From Patescibacteria group bacterium (lineage in GTDB: Bacteria > Patescibacteriota > Patescibacteriia > Magasanikbacterales > GWA2-37-8), in contig JAQTYG010000001.1 of NCBI GenBank assembly GCA_028688375.1, positions 99,345 to 163,344 of the forward strand: a stretch of DNA of 64,000 nucleotides, given 5' to 3'. The notes beneath the pieces were generated by a model, which saw nothing but the letters and a program-made list of their open reading frames with translations, made no database searches and had not been told where the DNA came from. This document shows, piece after piece, positions 9,519-20,290 of this stretch. Each line of letters opens with the position of its first letter. Position 1 is the first letter of the stretch. The translations under genes were made by a program, and so were the position numbers.

Positions 9519-11414
9519 ATGTTTTTCAAAAAACATCTCGTCGCCGTGATTATTTCCGGCACCGCGTTGGTAATATTTATTTTTGTTTTCGCCGTCGCCA
9601 TTGTGCAGATGCAACAAGCAAGAGCAGCCATGCGAACCGCGTTGGCTAATTTGGATAAAATCGCCGAGGAACATCGGTATCTGCTCGCCGGAATTGAGTA
9701 CGGGAAGAGTTCCACCACCACCGTTGATTCCGACAAAGAAATTAGGGAAAGAATAACCAAAGAAATGAGCCTGGAGAATGTTCGTTATGGCCGGCTCCCA
9801 AGCGATATTTTCGCCCATGCCTCGTGGTATTATCCGCCGATTACCGATTTTCCTATGGCCACCAGCGTGTATGTTGATCTCCCCACTAACTCATGGTACG
9901 AGGATCTCGAAGGAAAACATCACGTTACCTACAAGGCCGTCAGTGATTACCTGCCGGTGAAATTTATAGATCCTGAAAATAACTTACGCCCTGTCGCCCA
10001 ATCGAGCGATCTATTTTCCGGGAATGACTCGCAGGGCGAGGCAGAATTTAATAAAATAGGCGATTTTGAATATGGGGGTAAATCGGGGTTTGTATTTTGG
10101 GCGCGATCTTATGTTGGCGAAGGTGAGATGGGCGGTGTGAGTGAAGGAAAATTGAGATATTTTGTTCAGTATGACGACAAGATATTTTTTCTACAAAAAA
10201 ATTCCGATCCGCTTACGGCCGATGACGGTTTGATTAAATCCGCGTTTGCTGTTGACAAATATTTGGCTATTCCGAATAACGTAAGAACACCGAAATATAT
10301 TTACAAAACCGACGACCAGCGTTTGGTTTTTGTGGAATTTTTCAAAAGCCCGATGGGTGATATGAGCCTTTCCACCCCGACAACTTCCCCGATGACTTTT
10401 GCCACAGCCGGATTTAAAGTCTGGCACGCCGCGAGCGCGCCGGGACGAGGAGAGGAAGAAGAAGAAAATTCTTTCGTGGTATTTAATGACGGGTCTTACG
10501 CCGAATACCGAGCGGAAAAACTCGAGGATTTTTCCTCCCGCGTCACAATCGGTACCGCTAAATTCCCGTTGAGCGAATATGCGCCCTATCGCAAGGGCGG
10601 ATGCGGGAGCGACGTATATAACGTAATAAAAGGATTGGATAAGGGGTCGCTAACGCTAATCGGGAAAGCCGGCAATGGAGATCCGCTCTATCAATATTCC
10701 GATTCAGAAAAAATAAAACCAATGTACGACTTGTCATTTTATCCGGCGGAAAATACCGAGAGGTTGTCCTTCGAAGGTTTCCTGAAAGACCAGCCTTATT
10801 TTATCTGGTTTAACAAATTCGGTTTAGCGTTACAATACCAAAAAACCAAATACGCCCCGGTCGCCGAGTGCGGCAAGCCGGTGATCTATTTATATCCGGA
10901 AAAAGATATGAGCGTGTCGGTAAAAGTAGAGCCGAATGGCGGGTTTAAATTTACTGAACCAACGTATAATAACGGCTGGAATGTCTGGGCGACCACCCAA
11001 AGCAAGCTGACGAATATATCCGACGGCGTGTCTTATCCGTATTTGTTTTGGGAAGGTAAAGCGTATAATTACGATACGCCCGACCATGGTTTTGTTCTGA
11101 AGCGCGAGAATGTGGCGCGAGATATGGCGACCTTGTTAAAACGTTTAGGCTTGAACGAAAAAGAATCGGCCGACTTTATGGAATTTTGGCAGCCAAAATT
11201 GGAAGTAAAACCGTATGTTTATGTCACCTTCTTGGCACAGGAGAAATTCGATGAGCTGGCTCCGTTGACCGTAACGCCCCAGCCGGACAAAGTTATCCGC
11301 GTGTTTATGGATTACGAACCATTAGATCAATTTGTTTCCGTCCCGCCGTTAAAAATTACCACACCGACTCGCACCGGCTTCACGGTGGTGGAATGGGGTG
11401 GCCGATTGAGATAA
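9519..11414 (+). CDS. Hypothetical membrane-anchored protein (631 aa)
   Basis: Has an N-terminal TM helix and no recognisable motifs. It is translationally coupled to the upstream MEMO-CapA gene. Confidence 0.5.
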   Translation: MFFKKHLVAVIISGTALVIFIFVFAVAIVQMQQARAAMRTALANLDKIAEEHRYLLAGIEYGKSSTTTVDSDKEIRERITKEMSLENVRYGRLPSDIFAHASWYYPPITDFPMATSVYVDLPTNSWYEDLEGKHHVTYKAVSDYLPVKFIDPENNLRPVAQSSDLFSGNDSQGEAEFNKIGDFEYGGKSGFVFWARSYVGEGEMGGVSEGKLRYFVQYDDKIFFLQKNSDPLTADDGLIKSAFAVDKYLAIPNNVRTPKYIYKTDDQRLVFVEFFKSPMGDMSLSTPTTSPMTFATAGFKVWHAASAPGRGEEEEENSFVVFNDGSYAEYRAEKLEDFSSRVTIGTAKFPLSEYAPYRKGGCGSDVYNVIKGLDKGSLTLIGKAGNGDPLYQYSDSEKIKPMYDLSFYPAENTERLSFEGFLKDQPYFIWFNKFGLALQYQKTKYAPVAECGKPVIYLYPEKDMSVSVKVEPNGGFKFTEPTYNNGWNVWATTQSKLTNISDGVSYPYLFWEGKAYNYDTPDHGFVLKRENVARDMATLLKRLGLNEKESADFMEFWQPKLEVKPYVYVTFLAQEKFDELAPLTVTPQPDKVIRVFMDYEPLDQFVSVPPLKITTPTRTGFTVVEWGGRLR

Positions 11415-11416
11415 TT

Positions 11417-12355
11417 ATGCTTGTTGATACTCACTGCCACCTGCAATTTAGCGCGTACAAAAACGACGCTGACGTTGTATACAAAAAATGTGCTGATAAG
11501 GGCATGCTGTTGAATATCGTCGGTTCGCAGTACGACACTTCGTTGCGCGCGATTGAGTACGCGGAAAAATATTCCAACGCCTACGCCACGGTCGGTTTGC
11601 ACCCGATTCATTTGGTCTCCGCCGAAGTGGATGAAGAAGAAGTGCAATTCAAATCCCGGGAAGAAAAATTTGATTACGACGCTTATAAAAAACTAGCCGA
11701 GCAGTCGAAAGTTATCGCGATCGGGGAGTGCGGATTGGAACTTCATCATTTGCCCGAAGGAAAGAGCGAGGAAGAAGCGATTGCCGTTCAAACGGAAGCG
11801 TTTATCGGTCAATACAAGTTAGCACAGGAATTAGATTTGCCTATGGTAATACACGTTCGGAATGCCCATCGGCAAATGATTGATTTGCTCCGTGTCATTG
11901 CGAACCGCCAATTGGCGGTGAAGCAATCCCCTGATAATTCAGAAAACCGTGAGATTGCCACGTCGTCCGCCGGTCGGCGGACTCCTCGCAATGACAAAAA
12001 AATGCGCGGCGTGATTCATTGTTATACGGCCAACTGGGAATACGCGAAAGAATATTTGGACCTGGGTTTTTATTTAGGTTTTACCGGGGTGATAACTTTT
12101 CCCGCCAAAAAGACCGACCCAAAAACACAGGAAGACCTGCTGGCGGTGGTGAAAAATTGCCCGCTCGACCGCATTCTGATTGAAACCGATGCACCCTATT
12201 TAGCGCCTCAGGCCTACCGCGGAGAACGTTGCGAGCCGTGGATGGTGGAAGAAGCCGCCAAAAAGGTGGCAGAAATAAGGGGATTAACGGCTGAAGAAGT
12301 AATAAAACAGACTACAAATAATGCGCTCGGGCTATTCACCGGGATTCATGTTTAA
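11417..12355 (+). CDS. tatD: TatD family metal-dependent DNase/hydrolase
   Basis: Starts MLVDTHCHLQF, has IGECGLELHH, and ends IETDAPYLAPQ. It carries an insertion relative to typical TatD proteins. Confidence 0.8.
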   Translation: MLVDTHCHLQFSAYKNDADVVYKKCADKGMLLNIVGSQYDTSLRAIEYAEKYSNAYATVGLHPIHLVSAEVDEEEVQFKSREEKFDYDAYKKLAEQSKVIAIGECGLELHHLPEGKSEEEAIAVQTEAFIGQYKLAQELDLPMVIHVRNAHRQMIDLLRVIANRQLAVKQSPDNSENREIATSSAGRRTPRNDKKMRGVIHCYTANWEYAKEYLDLGFYLGFTGVITFPAKKTDPKTQEDLLAVVKNCPLDRILIETDAPYLAPQAYRGERCEPWMVEEAAKKVAEIRGLTAEEVIKQTTNNALGLFTGIHV

Positions 12356-12442
12356 AAATTGGAAACCTGCCTGCCGGTAGGCAAAGTTTAAAATCGAAAA
12401 TCTGCGCTCTACGGAGCGCACTTATCCCCACTAAAAAGCAAA

Positions 12443-12478
12443 AATACCCTTGACTTCACAAGGGTATTTGTGTAAAAT
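12443..12478 (+). promoter_or_regulatory. Near-consensus sigma70-type promoter of the ATP synthase operon, with a 9-bp inverted repeat bracketing the -35
   Basis: TTGACT at 12450-12455, a 17-nt spacer, then TAAAAT at 12473-12478. The inverted repeat is AATACCCTT (12443-12451) and AAGGGTATT (12460-12468). Confidence 0.6.
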
Positions 12479-12493
12479 ATTGGCGTCAATTCT

Positions 12494-12751
12494 ATGGAAG
12501 ATAAGCCGAAAAAACAATCGAACGATCACGGTTATTACGTCCTCGGCGTAAGAATTATGCTGGACATGGGGTTTAGTATCGCCATTCCGGCCGTGGCCGC
12601 TGCCTTCGCGGGCCAATACCTGGACGAAAAATACGACAAAGCTCCGCTATTCTTAATTCTATTTTTGGTCAACGCTTTTCTTATTTCGGCTCAAATAATT
12701 ATCACCAAAGCTAAAAGATACGGCCAAGAGTACGAAAATTTAGATAAATAG
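12494..12751 (+). CDS. AtpZ/AtpI-like small membrane protein of the F-ATPase operon
   Basis: 85 aa with 2 TM helices and a G-rich N-terminal helix. It sits immediately upstream of atpB. Confidence 0.5.
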   Translation: MEDKPKKQSNDHGYYVLGVRIMLDMGFSIAIPAVAAAFAGQYLDEKYDKAPLFLILFLVNAFLISAQIIITKAKRYGQEYENLDK

Positions 12752-12753
12752 CT

Positions 12754-13530
12754 ATGCATATTCCCGCGATGGCGCCGGATGTACTGTTCAACATCGGAGC
12801 CCTACCAATTACCAACACCGTAATAAATACCTGGCTAGCCATAGTCATTTTTTTATTTTTGGGCCTTATAATTTCCCGAAAAATTTCTCTCCGACCCGGA
12901 AAATTCCAAAACGCGTTTGAATTTTTTCTGGAGACTCTACTTGGCTTTTTTGACCAGGTGACCAACGATAGAAAGAAAACTCTAAAATTTCTCCCGCTGG
13001 TTGGTTCGGTTTTCTTTTTTATTCTTTTATCCAACTGGCTCGGCCTCCTACCCGGTACCGGCAGTATTACTTTTCACGAAAAAATGTTACTGCGCCCAGC
13101 CAACACCGACCTGAATCTCGTCTTCGGCATGACGCTAGTCGCGTTGATCACCTCGCACGTTTGGGGACTGATTACCGTCGGATTTTTTACCTACGTCGGC
13201 AAGTTCGTACAAATTAAACAATTATGGCTGAGTTTGCGGAAAGGTCCCTTGGCGATATTCACCGCTATCATTGAACTGTTTGTCGGCCTGTTGGAAATCA
13301 TTTCGGAAATGGCGAAAGTCCTGTCTTTGTCGTTTCGGTTGTTTGGCAATATTTTCGCGGGCGAAATCCTAATTACGGTAATGAGTAGTCTGGTGGCGTT
13401 TCTCGTGCCGACACCCTTTATGTTTTTGGAGGTTCTGGTCGGTCTGATTCAAGCCGGTGTGTTCGCGATTTTGACCCTGGTCTATCTGACTATTGCCACC
13501 ACCGCGCCTCACGCCGTCGAAGAACACTAA
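12754..13530 (+). CDS. atpB: F0F1 ATP synthase subunit a
   Basis: Contains LSFRLFGNIFAGE, which carries the conserved Arg of subunit a. Confidence 0.9.
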   Translation: MHIPAMAPDVLFNIGALPITNTVINTWLAIVIFLFLGLIISRKISLRPGKFQNAFEFFLETLLGFFDQVTNDRKKTLKFLPLVGSVFFFILLSNWLGLLPGTGSITFHEKMLLRPANTDLNLVFGMTLVALITSHVWGLITVGFFTYVGKFVQIKQLWLSLRKGPLAIFTAIIELFVGLLEIISEMAKVLSLSFRLFGNIFAGEILITVMSSLVAFLVPTPFMFLEVLVGLIQAGVFAILTLVYLTIATTAPHAVEEH

Positions 13531-13548
13531 AACAAATTTATTTACTAA

Positions 13549-13785
<237 letters not shown>

Positions 13786-13834
13786 TTTTTGATGCCGGTT
13801 GAACTGTCGACCGGCTGACTAATATTATTTTCCT

Positions 13835-14395
13835 ATGACATTAATTGAAGATGTTTTTGCCAGCGAAGCGCCAGTTGAAGAAACCGCCGCCGCTTCGAGT
13901 GATGGTATTTTGGGTTCAATGGGAATCAATGCCCCTCTGTTCGGATTTCAGCTGTTAAACTTTGCGATTGTTTTTTCGATCATCTGGTTTCTAATCCTAA
14001 AACCGCTGAGCAAGAAACTGACCGAGCGGCAAAAAATGATTGACGACAGCATCGACAATTCCAAAAAAATTGAAGAGGTTTTGAAGCAGAGTGAAAAAAA
14101 ATATCAGGAAAGAATTGATATCGCCAAAGCCGAAGCCAACGCCATTTTGGAACGGGCGAAAATTGAGGCCGATTTTATTGCCGAGGAAATGAAGAATAAA
14201 ACCAAAAATGATATGGAGGTTTTGGTGGCGCAGGCTAAGTCAAGAATTATGGCGGAAAAAGACGACATGGTAACCGGTTTGAAAAAGGAGACCGCCGGAT
14301 TGGTAGTCGAGGCGCTGGAAAAAATTCTTGGCGAAAAAATGGATGAAGCCAAGGATAAAAAATTGATTACCGCGGCGCTGAAAGATATCAAGTAG
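13835..14395 (+). CDS. atpF: F0F1 ATP synthase subunit b
   Basis: A single TM helix followed by a long charged coiled coil. Confidence 0.8.
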   Translation: MTLIEDVFASEAPVEETAAASSDGILGSMGINAPLFGFQLLNFAIVFSIIWFLILKPLSKKLTERQKMIDDSIDNSKKIEEVLKQSEKKYQERIDIAKAEANAILERAKIEADFIAEEMKNKTKNDMEVLVAQAKSRIMAEKDDMVTGLKKETAGLVVEALEKILGEKMDEAKDKKLITAALKDIK

Positions 14396-14414
14396 TTAAA
14401 ATTTTCCCCAGGGT

Positions 14415-14831
14415 ATGAAAAAAAATAGCACTAAACAATACGCCATTGCCTTGTGGCAAGCGACGCGGAAAGCCAAAGGCAAAGACCTGGAAACGGTGCT
14501 GGCTAATTTTTCGGCGCTGCTGGCGCGTGAGCGTGTTTTGAAAAAAACCGAAGCTATTATCGCGGAATTTATCCGCTATGCCAAGGAGCAAGACGGCGTG
14601 GAAGATTTGGAAATAATTTCCGCCCGCCCGTTAAACAATAAAATTATTGGCGCTATTAAAGAGATATTTGGCCAAAAAGCGGAAGCCACCGAACGCACCG
14701 ACGCTTCGCTTATCGGCGGTGTGATAATCCGGACGCGCGACAGAATTCTGGACGCCAGTATTAAAACCCAATTAAATAAATTATGCCGACGCATGATGGT
14801 CGGCACCCCGACCTTGCGTCGGGGAAATTAG
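14415..14831 (+). CDS. atpH: F0F1 ATP synthase subunit delta (OSCP), short form
   Basis: Assigned by position and an OSCP-like C-terminus (IGGVIIRTRDRILDASIKTQLNKL). Confidence 0.7.
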   Translation: MKKNSTKQYAIALWQATRKAKGKDLETVLANFSALLARERVLKKTEAIIAEFIRYAKEQDGVEDLEIISARPLNNKIIGAIKEIFGQKAEATERTDASLIGGVIIRTRDRILDASIKTQLNKLCRRMMVGTPTLRRGN

Positions 14832-14834
14832 AAT

Positions 14835-16334
14835 TTGAAATCTATGTCCATAAATGCCATTGTTGAGGAGCTGCGAAAAAATATTTCCGCCTTTGAGAAA
14901 CAGGTGGAAACCGCGGAAATCGGCACCATCGTGGAAGTCGGCGACGGCATTGCCCGCATGTCCGGCCTGACCAAATGCCAGTCCAATGAAATGTTGGAAT
15001 TCCCCGACAATACTTTTGGCGTAGCGCTAAATCTGGAAGATGAAACCATCGGCGCGGTATTGCTCGGCGAATACAAACACTTGAAGGAAGGGGACACGGT
15101 AAAACGCACCGGCCGTATTCTGTCCGTTCCGGTCGGCAAGGAATTGATCGGCCGGGTGGTGAACCCGCTCGGTCAGCCGGTTGACGGCGGGGCGGAAATT
15201 AACTCTAAAACTTTTTATCCGATTGAAAAGATCGCTCCGGGCGTAATGTCTCGCGAACCGGTGACTCAACCGGTGCAGACCGGCATCAAAGCGATTGACG
15301 CTATGATTCCGATCGGCCGGGGGCAGCGCGAATTGATTATCGGCGACCGTCAAACCGGCAAAACCGCCGTGGCGATTGATACTATCATCAACCAAAAAGG
15401 CCAGGACATGATTTGTATTTATGTCGCCATCGGTCAGAAAGAATCAAAAATCGCCCGCATCGTGGCGAAACTGAAAGAAACCGGCGCCATGGATTATACC
15501 ATCGTGGTGGTGGCCGGCGCTTCCGACCCGGCTTCTACTCTGTATATCGCGCCCTATGCCGGCGTCGCCATGGCCGAGTACTTCATGGATCAAGGCAAAG
15601 ATGTTCTGTGTATTTACGATGATTTATCTAAACAGGCCTGGGCTTACCGCGAAATTTCTCTATTGCTTCGCCGTCCGCCGGGCCGTGAGGCCTACCCGGG
15701 CGATGTGTTTTATCTGCATTCCCGATTACTCGAGCGCGCTTGCCGACGCAACAAAGAATCCGGTGGTGGCTCCATTACCGCCTTGCCGATTATTGAAACC
15801 CAGTCCGGCGACGTGACCGCTTATATTCCGACCAACGTCATTTCCATTACCGACGGCCAGATATTTTTGGAGAGCGATTTGTTCTACCGCGGTATTCGCC
15901 CGGCTTTGAATGTCGGCATTTCCGTCTCGCGTGTCGGTTCGGCCGCGCAAATCAAACCGATGAAAAAAGTGGCCGGCAAACTCAAATTATCCATGGCGCA
16001 ATTCCGCGAGCTGGAAGCTTTCGCCCAATTTGCCAGCGACTTGGACCCGGAAACCAAAAAACAAATCAACCTCGGCCAGCGCCTGGTAGAAATTTTGAAG
16101 CAACCGCAGTATGAACCAATGCCGGCGGCCAATCAAACGGCTATTATCTATGCCGTGTCCAACGGTTTTGCCGATAATATCGAAGTGCCAAAAATCCGCG
16201 AATGGGAAATCAAATTCCATGAATTTATGAACCGTTCCAAGAGTGTGCTGCTCGAAAAAATCGGCGGAGGTAATTGGGACGAGGCCGTGGAAAAAGATTT
16301 AAAGAGCGCCTGCGAAGAATTCGCCAAAAAGTAA
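14835..16334 (+). CDS. atpA: F0F1 ATP synthase subunit alpha
   Basis: Has the Walker A motif GDRQTGKTA and is highly conserved throughout. Confidence 0.95.
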   Translation: MKSMSINAIVEELRKNISAFEKQVETAEIGTIVEVGDGIARMSGLTKCQSNEMLEFPDNTFGVALNLEDETIGAVLLGEYKHLKEGDTVKRTGRILSVPVGKELIGRVVNPLGQPVDGGAEINSKTFYPIEKIAPGVMSREPVTQPVQTGIKAIDAMIPIGRGQRELIIGDRQTGKTAVAIDTIINQKGQDMICIYVAIGQKESKIARIVAKLKETGAMDYTIVVVAGASDPASTLYIAPYAGVAMAEYFMDQGKDVLCIYDDLSKQAWAYREISLLLRRPPGREAYPGDVFYLHSRLLERACRRNKESGGGSITALPIIETQSGDVTAYIPTNVISITDGQIFLESDLFYRGIRPALNVGISVSRVGSAAQIKPMKKVAGKLKLSMAQFRELEAFAQFASDLDPETKKQINLGQRLVEILKQPQYEPMPAANQTAIIYAVSNGFADNIEVPKIREWEIKFHEFMNRSKSVLLEKIGGGNWDEAVEKDLKSACEEFAKK

Positions 16335-16356
16335 ACCCCCTTCGGGGGTATATAAT
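16335..16356 (+). promoter_or_regulatory. Intra-operon hairpin (ACCCCC-ttc-GGGGGT) followed by TATATAAT between atpA and atpG
   Basis: A perfect 6-bp GC stem lies directly after the atpA stop codon, followed by a TATAAT-like hexamer. It could be an attenuator or an internal promoter. Confidence 0.35.
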
Positions 16357-16418
16357 CGTCGTTCGCTCGGAAGAATAAAACAAGTTTTCTTCTTCCCTCG
16401 CTTCACTAGATTATAGTT

Positions 16419-17318
16419 ATGGGCATAAATACCAAAGCAATTAAACGAAGAATCAAATCCGTCGGCTCCACAAAAAAGATCACTAAAGCGATGGAGATGA
16501 TTTCGGCCGTAAAGATGCGCCGGGCGGTGGCCAATGTTTTGGCAACCCGCAGTTATGCCAATTTGGCCTGGCAAATGTTAACCGATGTGGCCAAAAAAAC
16601 CAATATTAATCTGCACCCGTTGCTGGCCAAGCGCCCGATAAAAAAAGCGGCGGTGGCGCTAATCATTTCTAACCGCGGTTTAGCCGGCGGTTTCAACAGC
16701 CGAATGCTGGTGGAAACGGACGCGCTGATCAAAAAATTAAAAAGTCAGGGCGCGGAAGTGGAAGTATTGATCAACGGTAAACGCGGGAAAAAGATTTATC
16801 AGCAATTTGGCCACACCATTGCCGCTGAATTTGAAAAAATGGATATGACCATGAAAGTGGAAGAGGTCTTGCCGTTATCTAACATGATTGTGAGCGACTA
16901 CACGGCGGAAAAATACGATGAAATTTATCTCGGCTATACCGATTTTGTTTCCGCCATTAAACAAATTCCGACCATCAAAAAATTATTGCCGTTAAGCACT
17001 GCAGCCGATGCCGCGCTGGGGGCGGTGGGGGAGGCGCCAGCCAAAGAAACTGTCAGCGCCAGCGCCGAATTTTTATTTGAACCGGACCCGGCCAATGTTT
17101 TAAACGTCTTACTGCCTCGTCTGGTGGAAGTGCAAATTTATCAGGCGGTCTTGGAATCCGACGCTTCGGAACACAGCGCCCGGATGATGGCCATGAGGAA
17201 CGCCTCGGACGCGGCCGAAGACATGATTAAAGAATTAAATTACAATTTTAACAAAGCGCGCCAATCGGCGATTACCCAAGAAATTTCGGAAATCGTCGGC
17301 GGCGCGGCGGCACTTTAG
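16419..17318 (+). CDS. atpG: F0F1 ATP synthase subunit gamma
   Basis: 299 aa with a conserved N-terminus (IKRRIKSVGSTKKITKAMEMISAVKMRRA) and C-terminus. Confidence 0.9.
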   Translation: MGINTKAIKRRIKSVGSTKKITKAMEMISAVKMRRAVANVLATRSYANLAWQMLTDVAKKTNINLHPLLAKRPIKKAAVALIISNRGLAGGFNSRMLVETDALIKKLKSQGAEVEVLINGKRGKKIYQQFGHTIAAEFEKMDMTMKVEEVLPLSNMIVSDYTAEKYDEIYLGYTDFVSAIKQIPTIKKLLPLSTAADAALGAVGEAPAKETVSASAEFLFEPDPANVLNVLLPRLVEVQIYQAVLESDASEHSARMMAMRNASDAAEDMIKELNYNFNKARQSAITQEISEIVGGAAAL

Positions 17319-17349
17319 TTATTGGGGATTTGTTTATTGGTTTATCGGT

Positions 17350-19139
<1,790 letters not shown>

Positions 19140-19144
19140 TTTTT

Positions 19145-19576
19145 ATGGCGCTTAAATTTCAAATCATCACTCCCGAGCGCGTGGTTTTCTCTGATGAGAT
19201 TGACCAGGTGACGATGAATACGCAAGATGGCGAGATAACCGTTTTGCCTCATCATATCCCGTTGGTTTCCGTGTTGAAGCCGGGGGAATTGATTTGCAAA
19301 AAAAACAGCGAGGAATATCCGCTGGCGGTCACCGGGGGATTTGTTGAAGTCCGTCCGGATAGTTCGGTTATAATTTTGGCCGATACGGCCGAAAAAGCCG
19401 AAGAGATTGATATCGCCCGCGCCGAAGAAGCAAGAGAACGAGCTTTAAAAACCATGCGGGAAGAGCGTAAATTGGACAGCGCTGAATACGCCGCTTTGCA
19501 GGCGACGCTTGATCGCGCTTTGATCCGATTGAAAGTGGGAAACAAATATCGCAAATTGAAACCAGAAATAAAGTAG
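19145..19576 (+). CDS. atpC: F0F1 ATP synthase subunit epsilon
   Basis: 143 aa; the last gene of the operon. Confidence 0.85.
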   Translation: MALKFQIITPERVVFSDEIDQVTMNTQDGEITVLPHHIPLVSVLKPGELICKKNSEEYPLAVTGGFVEVRPDSSVIILADTAEKAEEIDIARAEEARERALKTMREERKLDSAEYAALQATLDRALIRLKVGNKYRKLKPEIK

Positions 19577-19586
19577 AATAATTTTA

Positions 19587-19620
19587 AAACCCATCCGCCA
19601 GCTGGCGGATGGGTTTTTTG
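19587..19620 (+). terminator. Rho-independent terminator of the atp operon
   Basis: AAACCCATCCGCC-agct-GGCGGATGGGTTTTTTG. Confidence 0.85.
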
Positions 19621-19621
19621 T

Positions 19622-19650
19622 TTGACAAAAAAATTCCATACTGATAAAAT
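19622..19650 (+). promoter_or_regulatory. Sigma70-type promoter (TTGACA-17-TAAAAT)
   Basis: TTGACA at 19622-19627 and TAAAAT at 19645-19650, with AGGAGGGAG before the ATG at 19688. Confidence 0.5.
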
Positions 19651-19687
19651 GCGAAAAATCATTGCCCACAAACCGAGGAGGGAGTAA

Positions 19688-19987
19688 ATGGAAAAGGAGA
19701 AATGCGGGATTGAATTTTATCTCGTCAGATGGCAAGGGGAGTTTGGCGAATATGAACTTTTTATTCGTCACCAACAACCGGGGGAAGGAGGTATCGCGGC
19801 CTTTTTCGGCCCCAGAGACCTTCGGCCTCTGCGCGTGGTCACGAGCGGTGTCATCCAGTTCGAAGGCGAGGAACAAAAGATCGCCGAATCGATCGCGAAC
19901 ATCCTGACCGCCCCGCTCCTCAGCAAATTCATCAATACGGTGGTCAACCGTATTTTCACCCAAGCTCTTTCCACCAAAAAGGAGTAA
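19688..19987 (+). CDS. Hypothetical small protein (99 aa)
   Basis: Good SD sequence, sits under its own promoter, and a GC-rich hairpin plus T-run lies downstream at about 20027-20070. Confidence 0.5.
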   Translation: MEKEKCGIEFYLVRWQGEFGEYELFIRHQQPGEGGIAAFFGPRDLRPLRVVTSGVIQFEGEEQKIAESIANILTAPLLSKFINTVVNRIFTQALSTKKE

Positions 19988-20116
19988 CCCGCCCCAAACC
20001 CGATACAACTACCTCGCCTCGCCCCCGACCCAGGGCTCAGACGAGAGACCTTGTCCCGGGTTTTTCTTTTTGATATACTGTAAACACAGCCCAATTTATG
20101 GGCTAAATCTATCTCT

Positions 20117-20260
20117 ATGGAAGAGGAAGCCAAACCGTGCGGTTGCGGTCCGGAATGTAAATGCGAGGGCGAATGCTCTTGCAGCCCGGAGGGTTGCCAA
20201 TGTGGCGACACCTGTGAATGCGGGTGCGGACACAACAACGAGGCAGACGCCGAGGAATAA
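20117..20260 (+). CDS. Unannotated 47-aa Cys-rich metallothionein-like peptide
   Basis: MEEEAKPCGCGPECKCEGECSCSPEGCQCGDTCECGCGHNNEADAEE. It has 11 Cys arranged as CxC/CxxC pairs. It is below the 60-aa cutoff of the ORF track. No clear SD sequence. Confidence 0.4.
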   Translation: MEEEAKPCGCGPECKCEGECSCSPEGCQCGDTCECGCGHNNEADAEE

Positions 20261-20290
20261 TCAAATTTTATAGCAATTTTCTCCAATCCA

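Noticed and set aside
9350-9818. Minus-strand ORFs (136 and 103 aa) across the junction of the MEMO-CapA gene and the 631-aa gene
   Set aside because: The plus-strand genes there are translationally coupled and well supported, and the minus ORFs have no RBS or domain.
15413-16220. Alternative-frame ORFs within atpA on both strands
   Set aside because: They are embedded in one of the most conserved genes of the window, with no independent support.
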